Assembly: GCF_036321535.1 (NCBI RefSeq)
Contig: NC_087436.1
Span: 31,622,001-31,686,000 of the forward strand
Reading direction: 5' to 3'
Source: Camelus dromedarius
Taxonomy: Eukaryota
Length of the DNA stretch: 64,000 bases
Shown: positions 40,427-53,650 of the stretch, one piece after another
Layout: every line of letters starts with the position of its first letter
How positions within the stretch are numbered: position 1 is the first letter of the stretch
Translations under genes and position numbers: made by a program
The notes under the pieces: generated by a model
The model's input: the letters and a program-made list of their open reading frames with translations, nothing else
What the model was told of the DNA's origin: nothing
Database searches by the model: none

Positions 40427-43400
40427 GTAAATACATCTGGCTTTGTTTATATGCTTCGAAAGTGATTCCACATTAGAATTTCAGTTTATGGTATTTTCTA
40501 GAATATATATTTTACAAGTGCTGAGTGAACTGTAAGTATAAGTTTAAAATCTGGTTTTCTGGACATTTTTAAAAATCATATTCAAAAGATTGGTGTATTT
40601 TAAACACATGTTCAAGAATCATTTTTGTCTTTATCTTTTTTCCAAAACAGTAATAGTCAAATTTAGTCCCAAAACCAAAAATACTCTGTTTATCTTAAAG
40701 CAGGGGGAAAATAATAGTGAAGTTGGGTAAAAATTACATAGAAAAATAATTTCTCACTGAGTGGATACCCAAGAGAAAGAATACTTGAGGAATCATTATA
40801 GATGTGTTTCTTGGAGCCTTACAGAACAATAATTTTCAGTCATCTTTGAAGGTGTGGGCTACTTTTTAAATACATTCTGTAGCTTTGTCTTTAATTGCTG
40901 TCTTAATGCAGATGTTCACTCTAGAATCTTTTGTTGTCATTTTCTAGTTCTTGTTGGACGTTCCCTTAAGAAACTTGAAAATGGTCATTTGTAATCTATT
41001 AAAGATACAGTGACTACAGCCCATAAGATCACATTATGGTTTATAGTCAAAAAATGTACTCTTTTTACTGAAGTCTGTTACACTCAGAAAGAGTCTACTG
41101 ATCTTGAGCACCTCAAAAATTGAGATCTCAGTTCTAGTCACATACCCATGACTGATATTTTTTATTCAGAAACAAATTAGTAGCTTTGAACTTCTGTTTT
41201 CTCTTATCCAAAATGTTAATGAAAGTCATTTCTTTGTTCACTGAGTTCAGAACTAATTGATTTTAACCTCTAACTTAGACTCTGGTGAAAGGAGTTGTAT
41301 TTTTTTAAGTGCTAGAATTCTCTGGGTTTTGTTTTTCATTTTCAAAAGTTTTCAGCAGTTGAGTGATTATTTGACTGCTTTCTTCAACTTCTTTTTGTTA
41401 AACTTAGAGAAAAAGTTTGTGGTTGTCACTTCTGTTATTTCAGTAGCATTCTATGCTGTGAAAATAAATGCTAGACGCTTGAAACAGTGAAATTGGAATG
41501 AGTGAATTTCACTTCCTTCGATCTGGATAGGATTTCATAAGGAATCGAAGTTGTTCATTCATTAGTGCTTTAAGTTGTCTTTTTAGTGTTGAAGGTATGG
41601 GGATTTTTTTTAATTGTTTTATTTTGTTTTGCTTTTAGTCTAAAGTTATAACCTAACTAAACAGCTTCCTAAGAAGAGATCACTGCATTGTAAGAAAATC
41701 TCAGGATATTTTTTAAAGTCTAGTGTTCAGCTAGTTACCCCTGGCAAGGAAATTTTTACATTGGCTGTCTTTTGAAGCTATTATAATAACATTGTTTATA
41801 TTATGATTAAAAAGTTACATTTTAAAGTTTAAAAAAATCTTTAATTTTATATAAGAGAAAGCAGAGTTATTAGTGTAGTTGATATGTATTTCTAAACAAT
41901 GTTCAGCCAATGTTTTAGGTGTGAATATATCCTATTTAATGAACTACCAGATAGAAAAGCTATGTTTTTAATGGTCATCTTTTTTCTATTAAAAAAAGGA
42001 CATTTTGGCCTTAGCAAATACTGAATTATTGATAATTATTTATTATTTATTTCTAAAATTATTATTTGTGATCCTTTTAAATGCCATAAACATCTAAGAA
42101 GCATAAATCATTTCTTTCCATCTTCCAAAGAAAGGCCTCCTCTCCCGCCTTTAAAGATAACTCATGGTTACTGGGAATTATATTCGGGGAATGACAGTCC
42201 TCTCTGAGAAAGGCTGCTGGTTTGTATATGCCCTGCTAAATAAGACCAGAGTGAAATGAAGAGAATTGCTTTAAACTTTTTAAATTTGGTGCTTTTTTAA
42301 TTTAGTGTTTTCTTTCAAAATAAGAACATGCAAATAAGAGCAAGAAATCTTTATTTAGGTGACTGGTGAAAAGTGATTTTCATTTGAACCACTGTTCAAC
42401 TTTTTGTTTGCTATCCCTACTCCTAAGCAAAATAGACTGTATGAATCTTTTAATTGAAGATATTGAAATATGGTCCTGATTATATGTGGAATAGGAGGCC
42501 ATGCATTGGAAATTAATGAATATGAATGGATGAAGTATAGAGGGCCTTGTGAGTAAGGTAAAGTTGAATTTGAATTTCATGCAGTATATTACAGATTCTT
42601 TAACTGGGACTACATGATGAAATTAATCTTTATGAAGATTAATTTGATGGTATTTTAAAGGTGAGGATGTCTGGGGACAGGAATATAAATTGTTGGAGTA
42701 GAAAGATTTGAGATTTAGAGGCAAACAATTTCTGGTTCTAGTATTATGTTTTTGTATATTGGGAAAGTTAACCACCCTCACTTAGCTTCAGTTTCTTTAG
42801 AATTAATTGAAGTAAGAATATATAGGTGACCCAGCACCAAGTTTATTATTTTCTTCCTTAAATCTTCCACTTCTTTCAGACAAAGGATAACTTCTCCCTA
42901 GAAAATTCAAAATTATCTCACTTTAAACTTTTATGTCTTATAAGATTTAGCATTTTACACAGTCAGCAGACATTTGGAAGAGAACTAGTTTACTTAAAAG
43001 ACAAATAAACTATATTCTCAAAGGTAAATTTTTTTTTTAAGTTTCAATGGCCTTAATGAAATAGAACAAGGTAGGAAGAAGGGCTATAAGCAAATGTTAC
43101 AAAGAATAAAATAGTCTTTAATGTTACATAGAATGACAACCCTCCATCTGCTGCCTCAGATTAGTCTTTTCATAAGGACTGATGCAAGCTCTTACCCTAA
43201 AACTTCAATTCATTGTGGTCCTAGAACTTCCTTCTTACCACTCCTATGTTGTATCCTGTGTCTTTTGCATCCCACAGTTGCTAATTTCTTTGTTGACTCT
43301 CAAATTTTAATGGATACCATAACTGAATACACATGGGAAGTACATTTTTTAAGACCTTGCTTATTTAGAAATATCTTTACCCTACCTTTAAAGGTGTTTG

Positions 43401-44158
43401 ATAGTTTGGCTGAGCAGTGAATCCTAGATTGGAAATCCTAGGTTTTAAATTTTTTCTTAAAGTGTAGAGATATTTTCCTTATATTACCTAAGTTCCAGCT
43501 GTTAAAAAAAAATTTCCTGTGCCATTCAAAATTCCAGTTCTTTGTATTTGCCCTGTTTTTTTTTTTTCCCCTCTGGAGAGTTTCAGGATCATACACCCCA
43601 CCACAACTAATATTCTAATTGTGCAATGTGCATATTTAGTTAAGAATCCTTTTCTATTTGGGACATTTCAATCTAGAAATTCATGTTCTTCAACTTTGTG
43701 AATTTTTCATGGATTTTCAATTTAATCATTTTTTTCATTTTTTCTGTTTTTTTCATTTTTTTTGGTAGTTGTTATTAGCTGAGTAATGTGTCTAATGGAT
43801 TGATTCCCTAACTTTCATGTCTTTTCTCTCCCATTTTCCATTTCTTCATTTATTTTCTACTAACTTGGAAGTTTCCTTAAATTTTCTTCTAATTAACCAT
43901 TTTTTTGAATATTTTATTTTAGCTATCATAAATTTTTAAAGAGCCACTTATGCTCTGAATGTTTCTTTTTCTATAGTATCAGTATAAATGTTACATCATC
44001 TCTTAGTAAGTATATTAAATATATTTTTAAAGTTTTCGTCTGCTATCTGCATTGTCTCTGCTTTTGCTACATTCCTTTTTCATGTGTGCCTGTCTGCCTT
44101 CCTTGAAATGTTTTGGTGATCCTTTCTGTCCACTGATATTTAAAAGTATGACACCAAA

Positions 44159-44252
44159 GTGCTCACTTCAGCAGTACATATACTGAAAACTGGAACATAC
44201 AGGGAAAATTACCATGGCCTACACTCAAATCCATGAAGTGTTCCATATTTTT
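44159..44252 (+). pseudogene. U6 snRNA retropseudogene (5' part of a U6/L1 chimera)
   Basis: gtgctcacttcagcagtacatatactgaaaactggaacatacagggaaaattaccatggcc...acactcaaatccatgaagtgttccatattttt aligns end to end with U6, with CpG decay and an internal deletion of roughly 15 nt. Confidence 0.92.
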
Positions 44253-44914
44253 AAAAACTGAACTCATAGATACAGAACAGACTGGTGGTTGCCAGAGGCA
44301 GGGAGGTAGGGGGGGAGCAAAATAGGTGAAAGGATCAAAAGGTACATACTTCAGTTTTAAAAGAAATGAGTCATGGAGATGTAATGTATAGCCCGGTGAC
44401 TATATTTAATAATACTGTGTTGTATATTTGAAAGTTGCTAAGAGAATAGATCTTAAAAGTTCTTATCACAAGAAAAAAATTGTAACTATATGGGGTGATG
44501 GATACTAACTGGACTTTGGTGATTATTTCAAAATATATCAAATATCAAATTATGTTTTACACCTGAAACTAATACGCAGTTGTCCCTCAGTATCCAACAG
44601 GTTTTGGTTCCAGAACCCTGTGGATACTAAAATCTATGGATGTCCAAGTCCCTTATATAAAATGGTGTAGTATTTGCATAAAACCTGCACATCCTTGCAT
44701 ATACTTTGAATCACCTCTAAATTAATTACTGATACAATATAAATGCTGTGTAAATAGTTGCTGGTGCATGGCAAATTTAAGTTTTTCTCTCTGGAACTTT
44801 TTGTAATTTTTTTCCAAATATTTTTAATCTGTGGTTGGCTGAATCCATGACGTAGAAATTGCCGATATAGAGGGTTGACTATAATGTTTTATGTCAATTA
44901 TATCTCAATTTAAA
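44253..44914 (+). mobile_element. L1MA-type 3'UTR fused to U6, interrupted by MER2
   Basis: Sequence aactcatagatacag..tggtggttgccagagg ... gtcaattatatctcaat with an A-tail. TSD 44142-44158 / 44915-44931 encloses both U6 and L1. Confidence 0.88.
44577..44881. mobile_element. MER2 (TcMar-Tigger) MITE
   Basis: TIRs cagttgtccctcagtatc ... gatatagagggttgacta followed by TA. Internal caagtcccttatataaaatggtgtagtatttgcata. Confidence 0.85.
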
Positions 44915-45583
44915 AAAATTAAGACACCAAAAAGTAGATAGGTAGTTAGGTGTGTATAGATGGACTTACAGTCTGACAGACTTACTGTATTATGTTTAGG
45001 CAGTGAGCTGACTTTTTCCTTGGACAATCCCCAGATATCAAAAACTGGGGGTGCTCTTTCTTGGGCCAGTTTCTTCAGGTTGGGATCCATCAGTCTTCTG
45101 CTGCGGGCTGGGAATGTAAGTGCACAAGCCTGAGTGTATTCCAAAACTGAGGAAAGATTCTGGGGGGTAATATTGTTCCATATGCAAGCTTTAATTCAGC
45201 ACCGTGGGCTTTAGTATGTCTCCTCACCCCAACTTTACTTGAAGTGATAGCCTCTTGCTGTATACTAACAGATACATAGATCTATGAGTTGAATCTGTAT
45301 TAAGTGAAAGTTTCTGTTTGGCAGTCTAGCATATTTATTAGGATCGCTTACTCTGGACCCAAACTGACTTGAGTTCAAGCTCCAGCTTCACCAATAACTA
45401 GATCAATAACCATGGGCAAGTTACTTACCCTCATTGTATGTAAGTTTCTCTTTGTATAAAATAAATATAATGATTTAAGCTCCCTCATTGGCTATATGAT
45501 ACTAGCTTCATATCTACCTCATAGGCTAATGATATAACCTGTTTCATAGTGTTTTTTGAAAATATTGAGGATTATGTTTTCTT

Positions 45584-45695
45584 AATTTAAAAAAATTTTT
45601 TATTGAAATACAGTCAATTACAATGTGTCAATTTCTGGTGTACAGCACAATGTCCCAGTCTTGTATATACATACATATATTTGTTTTCATATTTT
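45584..45695 (-). mobile_element. Short L1 3' tip inserted in a MIR (~45315-45770)
   Basis: Sequence tttttattgaaatacagtcaattacaatgtgtcaatttctggtgtacagc. TSD gattatgttttctt (45570-45583) / gattatgtttttcttt (45696-45711), followed by AA. Confidence 0.8.
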
Positions 45696-45771
45696 GATTA
45701 TGTTTTTCTTTAACATATGTAAAGTACCCAGTACAAAGTGTGTTCTTACAAGTGTTTGCTATTATCATTGA

Positions 45772-45775
45772 TGTT

Positions 45776-45851
<76 letters not shown>
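45772..45851. repeat. Compound trinucleotide microsatellite (TTG)n(CTG)2(TTG)n(TTA)n at the MIR tail
   Basis: Read directly from the sequence. Confidence 0.95.
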
Positions 45852-45854
<3 letters not shown>

Positions 45855-48760
45855 TATAAAGAGGGAACTTGGCCCAATTTTAGTAAGTTCCAAGAAAGGA
45901 TTCTTATAAGATTTGGCTGTAGAGCATGTAGAAGCGCCTTTATGAGAATAAGAATAGTAGTAATACATCTTCTATGTTATAAAATTATGGAAACCTATAA
46001 ATTATGAAGCTGATTATCTGAAGCTACTTTCCTGTAACTCTACTCCTAACACCAATCTGACTTTTCAGAGCCAAATGGTTACTGGATCTGCCAGACTGTT
46101 AAATACATATGAAACCTTTATTTGCAAGGCTTTTTCTGACATGGGTGAGTGTCAAGCTTGAAGACAAGAGTCAGAGAGTTTTGACTGAGGATTGGAATTC
46201 ACCAAGTCCTAAACAGAGTTTGCCCTGTTGAGCCCCATGGGCTTTTGGAAGATGAAGTTTGCATAAACTCTTCATGAGTCTACCTCCTCTACCTGGCCCC
46301 CAAGAGGCCATGGTGAAGCAAATGGGTGAACTGCTGCTAGTAAAGTGTCAAATGTCCTGTACCTCTGTGGGGAGATGGCGATTGCTTCAACATCTACCAC
46401 CATGCTTTAACCAAAGTAAGATGGAATGAATAATGTCATATACGTAAATCATTGAAGTATGAGAGGAGTGAATTCCATTAAAAGGCAGAGACTTGCAGAT
46501 TTTAATTAAAAAGCAAGTCCTAGTAATATGTTACTTTAGAAAATACCTAAAAAAAAGAATAAATGAACAAAGATACTGAGAAAGGAAGGATGAAGAGGAT
46601 CTGTTTTAAATTTTAAAGGTTTTAGTGGAGAATATTAACAACTATAAACAAGAAAACAAGAATGACAATATCACACAAAGTAGAGTTTAATGATAAAAGC
46701 ACTAAACAGAATAAAGAGGGACCTTATCTAATGAAAAATGGCACCATTATGAAAAAGATACAACATTAATAAATCTAAATATGGCAGATAATAGGACAGC
46801 TAAACATGTAATGCAGAAGTTAGGAAATGCAAGGGTGATTTGATGAAAATACACTTATGGTTATTATTTTTGGCCATCTGCCTCTTACCTTCCTACAATG
46901 TTTGGGGAATTCCCCTCTTCATTGGAGACCATCCTAATCCTGTGATGAAGTTCCAGGCATGTTCCCTTACTATAAAGCTTCAAACTTGGTTCTCCAGCTC
47001 TCCTAGTGAGTCTGTGAATTTACCAATATCTTTTTTTTTTTTTTAATAAACTCTTTATCTGCTTAAATTAGAGTTAGTCTACTGCTGGCAACTAGGAACT
47101 CTGGCTAAAATACTGGTAGACTTTAACTCAGTTCATTCAGAATTAAACAGATCTACCCAGCAACAACAACAACAAAGGTTTAAAAATAGAGAAATTAAAT
47201 AAAAGTGAGGCTGAGTCCTCTCAATTTCTAAAGCTGGGAAAATGTCAGGTGTGCTGGAGCAGGGATGCTTCCTCCTGGAACTCCTGTGTTTGGGTGTGGG
47301 TAGAAAGGGTGGGGAGAGAATACAGAAGGCTTCTCCTGCCAACACTTAGATAAAAGAAATGCTTGAAAAAAAACAAAGAAAAATATATAATGTAAGAGAG
47401 AATTGTCTTATCTGACATCAGAACATGTTATAAAGCCACTTAAATCAAATTAATATGATTTGGGCATAGAATAGACAAATAGGTCAGTGAAACATGACAA
47501 TCCATAAGGAAGTCATAATTTGCATATTTTCGTTCTGATACGGAGTTATTTCAGTTCATCAGTTACTAATGGTACTCATGTAACTAGCCGTCAATCTGGG
47601 AGACAGGTAAACTAGACTCCTTCCTTATAGAACATTCAGAAGTAAATTCCAGATTGATTAAAGATTTACAGGTAAAAATATTAAAGGTAATTTTTCAAGG
47701 AATTCTAGGAGATGACATTACATTTATAAAAACTGAAATCCCAGATGTTGGGGAAAAAAGGTCAAATTTAGCTTTGTTAAAGGGAACATTTTAGTGTAAT
47801 AAAGATATCCTAAATAGAGTCAATAGGCAACAACAGAAAGGTAGATTTGGGAAAAATATTTGCCATATAGAAGACTGAGGGTTAGTATCTTAATATTCAA
47901 AAAGTTCTTATAAAGAAAAGCAAAGTAAATAAGCCATCAGAAAAAATGGGCAAAGGCTATGAAGAGAAAATTCAAAGAAGACAAATCACATAGCTAACAA
48001 ACTTTTAAAATAGGCTTAAATTCTCCAGTATTTAACAGTGAAGAGAAGTTACATCCATCAGACTAGGAAGGGAAAGAGGTTTGGGATGTATTGTTTAAGG
48101 GGATTTTTGTAAGATATTATTGAGTAAGAAAATCAAATGCAGAAAAGGGTGTATACTATGATCTTAATTTTTATAACATAAAATATTATGTTTAAAAACC
48201 AGTGGATAGATGTATATATACTGTGTATGTATATTTAAATGTATACTGTGTCGGTATAAAATGATATGTGTGATATTATGAACATGGAGAAAAATATTCA
48301 AAGATATACATTAGTAAGTTAACATGAGTTACTTGGGTAGAGAGTAGGAAAGGGGAATCAAGCAAAGATAAAAATAGACCATATAGATAGAACAACTATT
48401 CTTTAAGAATTTACTTTATAACATTGTCATGTAACTATATGAGACAGTATGAGTTAACACAAGTAGAAAAGTGTAGAAAATGTAACATAATTAGTGTTAG
48501 AATACCTAGGCTTAGTCTTTGTCCCACTGCTCATTATTCATATGACCTTAATCAAATGTTTAAGCTCTCTGGGTCTGTCATTCTTTTAAATGGAAATAAT
48601 GAAACTTATTTTACAGAACTTTTGAGTGGATCCAATGAGAAGATACATGTGAAAGTAACTGGAATAATGCTTGTCCTGTAACAGATGCTCTGTAAATCTC
48701 TTGTCTCCCTCCTTCTTTTTAAAAATATTTAACTTTTGCGATGTGACTATTAATTTTTAG

Positions 48761-48938
48761 GTTATGTGTGACAATCCAAGAAGCTACCCAATTAAGAGCA
48801 GAAAAAACACATTTGGAAAAACAGACCACAGAGTTACAAGCAAAGTGCAATGAATTAGAAGATGAGAAATATGAAGCTATTGTGAGAGCCAGAAATAGCA
48901 TGCAACTCTTAGAAGAAGTTAACCTTCAAAAAAATCAG
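48761..48938 (+). CDS. SCLT1: SCLT1 exon (12), 178 nt, phase 2-0
   Basis: Boundaries tttAG|G ... CAG|GTaaga. Encodes (R)LCVTIQEATQLRAEKTHLEKQTTELQAKCNELEDEKYEAIVRARNSMQLLEEVNLQKNQ. Confidence 0.97.
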
Positions 48939-50519
48939 GTAAGAAAAGTAATAAACATGTTTATAAATAAGTAAAATAGGTAATAAAATATTTAACATTC
49001 CCCCTTGTGACCTGATAGTAAGGAAATCAATAACTACAGAATAAACACAGAAAAATGAAAGTACTATACTCATCATTAATAGACATGCTACACTCTTGAT
49101 GTTAAGACTTAACATCATAAAATATGATAAAATGTCAACCTTCTCTGAAAACTTTCATATTAGAGTTTTTTTTTAATGTCTGCAGTTCTTATGTAACTAA
49201 TCTTCATCCCCTGTAGTCTCATACTTTTCAAAAAATCTGTTAAAGTACTTTACTGCAGCATGTGTACTCTATATATTTTATTCACTTGCATGAATCTTAC
49301 TCATCTTTATTTCCGCTTTGTCACCTGTCCAATTACTCTAATAGAATAGAATCTTAATTGATGGGAATTAAATTTAGCCATAAAGATTTATTAACTGGAG
49401 CCTTCATGTCACCATGCTGTATTTTTTAACCCTCTAGATATTGTGATTACTGTGCTATTGCATATCATAGTTTTCATCTTGTACCACTTCCATATGAATG
49501 GTATATAATTTATAGAAGTCACAAAGTAGATAATTTGTTTTTAATGTTGCTGCCTCTCATTAAATTATTATTTCATTTAACCAACATTTATTGAATACCT
49601 AGTATATGCATAGCACTCCACTGGGAAGTATGGGGAATACAAAGGAAATATTTTGTTTTATTTATGCTTTCTTTTTCACATAGTAGACAGTTTTCCAAGA
49701 GCACTGTTAAAAACAAAATAAGCTATAAGTTGCATATTAAGAAGCCACTAAGATGTAAAAAAGAAATAATTATCCAAATCTAAGCTGTGGGAATGTTTTG
49801 GTACTTATTACACCTTTCAGCTAACATTCCCACCTGTGATCTGAATACTGTTTCTTTAGAATGGTTGAAAGGTGCAAAAGAGACAAAATGTTCTTGGGAG
49901 TTGCTCTAAACACCTAAGTTAATTAGAAAAATTAAGAGCAGGGCAAAACTGTTTATCTCTTCCCCCTGAAGCCTAGTCATATGAACATTCTTAACATCAG
50001 GTCACAAAGGTGAACATTTTGTGTGTAGCACGATGGACAGAGAAGGTAGTAGTGACACTCACTGCCTATCCCACAGATCTTCTCACCCAAGTCGTAGGTC
50101 AACAGACCTTTACAGAGGCTATTTATGGCCACGGTATTAAGTTCCCTCTTGACTTGTTGCTTAATTGCCAGAGGGTTCCCACCTTCAGTTGTTTGTTCCA
50201 AGAAGTCAAGGGTTCTTTCAGCCAATCATACACATAGGCAAGAAGCAACCTTAGTATAGTTTCCTTATGAAGCTTCCCTTTTCCCCATTGTCCTGTTCTC
50301 CCTGAAAAGGTTGTGACATCAAAAGAGCAATTAATTCTCACTAGTTTACCTATTTAAGCGGGAGAAGATTTATTAAACAATAAAAAGCAAAGATAGGAAC
50401 ATGTATGGTATCTTTGGAAGACAGTGGGGTCAAAACAAAGAGCCACTTACCTTGTAATGATATTTAAAAAAAAAAAAAATTCACTCAAGACTAAAATCGG
50501 AGGAATTCCAGGCTCAGGA

Positions 50520-51420
50520 AGATCCTTGGACTAGAGATGTAAATTTGGGAATTGTCAGCATATAAATGGTATTTTAAAACCATGAGATTGGATTAGCCTA
50601 CCAAGGGATGGATGCAGTTAGAGAAAAGAACCAAGGACTAAGTCTTGGGTAGTTAAGTATTAAAGAGGTTCAGGAGAAGAGGAAGAAACAGCAACGCACA
50701 CTAAGAAGAAATAATCAGTGAGTTAAGAAGAGAACCAATACTGTGATGCGCTAAAAGCCAAATAAAAAAAGTAAAACAGAAATGAAAGTAATCCATTATC
50801 TCAAGTGCTGCTGACAGATATATAAGACAGTTACTCAAAATTGGCTCATGGGTTATCAGTATAGAGATCATTGGTGGTGAAAGCTTTATTGGAGTGAACA
50901 TGAGAGTTTTAGAGATAAGCAAGTGTAGACTTCAGAGGAGTTTGCTTCACAGGGAAGCAAAGAAATGGAGTGTGACTAAGAACAGAACTAGGATTGTAAG
51001 AATATTTTGTAGGTGAAATATTTTGTAAATGAAAATGATTGGATAGTTAGAAATGTCATAGAGATGAAGTAGGTAGTGTCTACAGTAAAGGAGGTATGAA
51101 GCAACAAGGGACATAATTTGAAAAAAAATAAATAATGGAAAGAAAGGGAAACCGAAAAGATTTTTCTGAGAATATAATATTTAAACTTGATTACTTATTT
51201 TGTATAGGGAATAAAAGAGAAAGAAAATTCAAAAATAATTCTAAATATCCAGCTGTAGAGGTCAGAAGAGTCATGGCACTGCTTGAAATGTCGAAGGAAA
51301 AGAATAAATTTTTGGTTAAGACATGGTCAGGTGAGGAGTTTAGGGAAAATAAATGTCATTCATAACTTAGGCAAGATCTCCAAGTGGAGATGTCTCAGAA
51401 GTTTTGAATAAGATATATGC
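50520..51420 (-). mobile_element. L2 relic
   Basis: ggactagagatgtaaatttgggaattgtcagcatataaatggtatttt is a typical reverse-L2 motif. Confidence 0.65.
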
Positions 51421-51522
51421 TTTCAAGAAAGTGATTAGTGGATAAGTTTTTACCCATTTATTATGTTATCTTTATTAATAATGATGCAGTCTATAATAAC
51501 ATCAAATTATTATTTTCTGAAG

Positions 51523-51621
51523 GCTCTGCTTGAGGAAAAGCAAAAAGAAGAAGATATAGAGAAAATGAAAGAAACCATTTCCCGGCTTCTGCAAGATGCC
51601 TCCGTAAGAACCAGGAAGGAA
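51523..51621 (+). CDS. SCLT1: SCLT1 exon (13), 99 nt, phase 0-0
   Basis: Boundaries tgaAG|GCT ... GAA|GTaaag. Encodes ALLEEKQKEEDIEKMKETISRLLQDASVRTRKE. Confidence 0.95.
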
Positions 51622-52589
51622 GTAAAGGATTTTTCATTATATTTAAAATCCAAAATTTTACAAAATTTCACAGCTTAAGACTAAATACTACCTGAGGTTT
51701 TGCCTGATTGACCTAGCTAATTAATTATCAGCTAATTGCATCAATTGTAGTAAATTTCCAATAAAAATCATTTCAAGATGGTAGCTCCTAACATTTGAGC
51801 TAGAGTGAGGCAGAGGGAATGGATAGGGGAAGTGGGAAGGAGAGAGATTTAGGCTAGGAATACAGTGCAGATTAACATACCTGAAACACAAAGTTAAAAA
51901 GAAAGCTCGAAAAGAAACTTAGAATTCATGAGAAGTAAGAGAAGAAAACCTACTGTTGTTTGCAGTATCTTAGAGTCTTGGGACCAGAGTACCAGAGAAA
52001 TCTGCTTTAACCTCTTATTTTATTGGTAATGAGACTGAAACCTGTGAGAGGTTATTGACTCACTCAAAATTATATACTAATTAAAGCCAGAACTTAGACT
52101 CATGCCTTCTCTTGGCTATAGTGAGCCCAGCGTTGTTTCAGTCACATCATGCTGATACTTGTACAACTTATGAATTGTGGTGGTGTTTGCAATTCCATTA
52201 TCAAGACTAAATCTTATATTTTTGTGTTAAAGCAATGATTTGGTTCTTGGTTAGAATTGTGAGCCTTATGAAAGTTAAAACTATCTTGGAAATACAAGTT
52301 TGCTTTCATATAGAAAGACAAAGAAGACATACATTTATTTGCCTTTTCCTCTGGTACAGATATGAATTAATTCGTAAGCAGTGTGATAAAGTTTGAAAGT
52401 GTTAAGTGACTTTAGGAGGAAGAAACCGCAAAAAAATATTTTAAAGATGAGAAACTGAAAAATAGAGTAGCTAACTAACTTGCTTAAGATTCCACCTCCA
52501 GGAAGTAGCAGAACTGGGTCACAAATGCAGTTCTTGATTCTTGAGCTCTACTCTCAATCACTGTGAGAAATTGTTTACCATTCATTTTG

Positions 52590-53650
52590 TATTGTTTTTA
52601 TTTTTAGGACTTTTCAAACCCATAAAAAGTTTGAAAGAGCTGCATAATGAACACTTATTTACCTCTTACCCAGAAAACTCTTAGTATCTTGCCACACCCA
52701 TTCCATCTCTCTTTACATACATATGCATTTTTCCTTTTTGCGAAATATTCACACATAAGCCGGAGGTCTCATGACTCTTCATCTTAGCATCTTTTTCCCC
52801 AGAAAGAGAGCATTTTGCTACACAACCACACCACTATTACCATACATTAAAAAAATCCATATTATTTCAGTCTAACTTAGATTTCCCTAAAATATTCTTT
52901 ATGGCTGTTTGTCTTTTTAAATTCAGACTCCAGTCCATATTTATACATCATTGCACTTGACTGCTGTATCTCTGTAGTCTTCCTTGATTTAACCAGTCCC
53001 CTGCCTTCCTTTGTATATGACAAAGAATCCTTTGTGGAATCCAGGCCAGTTGTCCTTTAGAATATTCCACATCTGGATTCACATGACTGTTTCATCTTGA
53101 CTAGATTTAGGTCATTTCTGGCAGAGCAATGTGTATACCTACCTCCCACTTCATTTCATTAGGAAGCTATAGTGTCAGGTTGTGTATTGGTGATGCTAAA
53201 CTTGACCACATTATTAGGGTGATAAGACTAGATGTCTCCATTTTATACTTTATAAACAACTGGGGAAGGTGCCATGTAGGTATCCTTTTCCACCAAAATC
53301 TTTCATCCAGTGGTTTTAGCATCCATTGATAATTCTTGCCTGAAATAAATATTTTATGGGATAATTAAAAACAATTACATTCTAATTCTGTCAGTCTTTC
53401 TATACATTTATTAGCTGTCAATTTTTTTGGTAAAGGAGAGTCCTCCCCCCTTTTTTAATGTCACTGTGGATTCATGGATCTTTCTTATTTTTTTTATTTC
53501 ATGAGCCATTACCATCAGTCTTTTTTATTCTCAAATTGTCTCTAGCTTTCTTGCATAAATAAGGGCTCTCTCTCATCTTGTACTTTCCCTGCCTCAGACC
53601 AGGAATCATCCAGCCACTTTTTGAAAAAGCCTTGGTTTTTTTTAATTTGA
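52590..53650 (-). mobile_element. Old L1MC/ME 3'UTR relic
   Basis: Motifs ttttcaaacccataaaaagtttgaaag, atattccacatctggatt and ggtgatgctaaacttgacca. Confidence 0.55.

Larger units (their letters stand above)
43340..45250 (-). mobile_element. Very old L1M ORF1-region relic, host of the U6/L1 chimera
   Basis: T-rich, with the reverse ORF1 motif gatagtttggctg...aatcctagattgga. Boundaries approximate. Confidence 0.5.

Noticed and set aside
44159..44252. Functional U6 gene
   Set aside because: The ACAGAGA box is mutated (acaggga), there is an internal deletion, no upstream PSE/TATA is evident, and it is fused to L1.
45738..46007. Poly-leucine ORF resembling a signal or membrane peptide
   Set aside because: Translation of a (TTG)/(TTA) microsatellite.
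46294..46385. CTCF-like motifs tggcccccaagaggcca and ggggagatggcga
   Set aside because: Several core mismatches, not distinguishable from chance without ChIP data.
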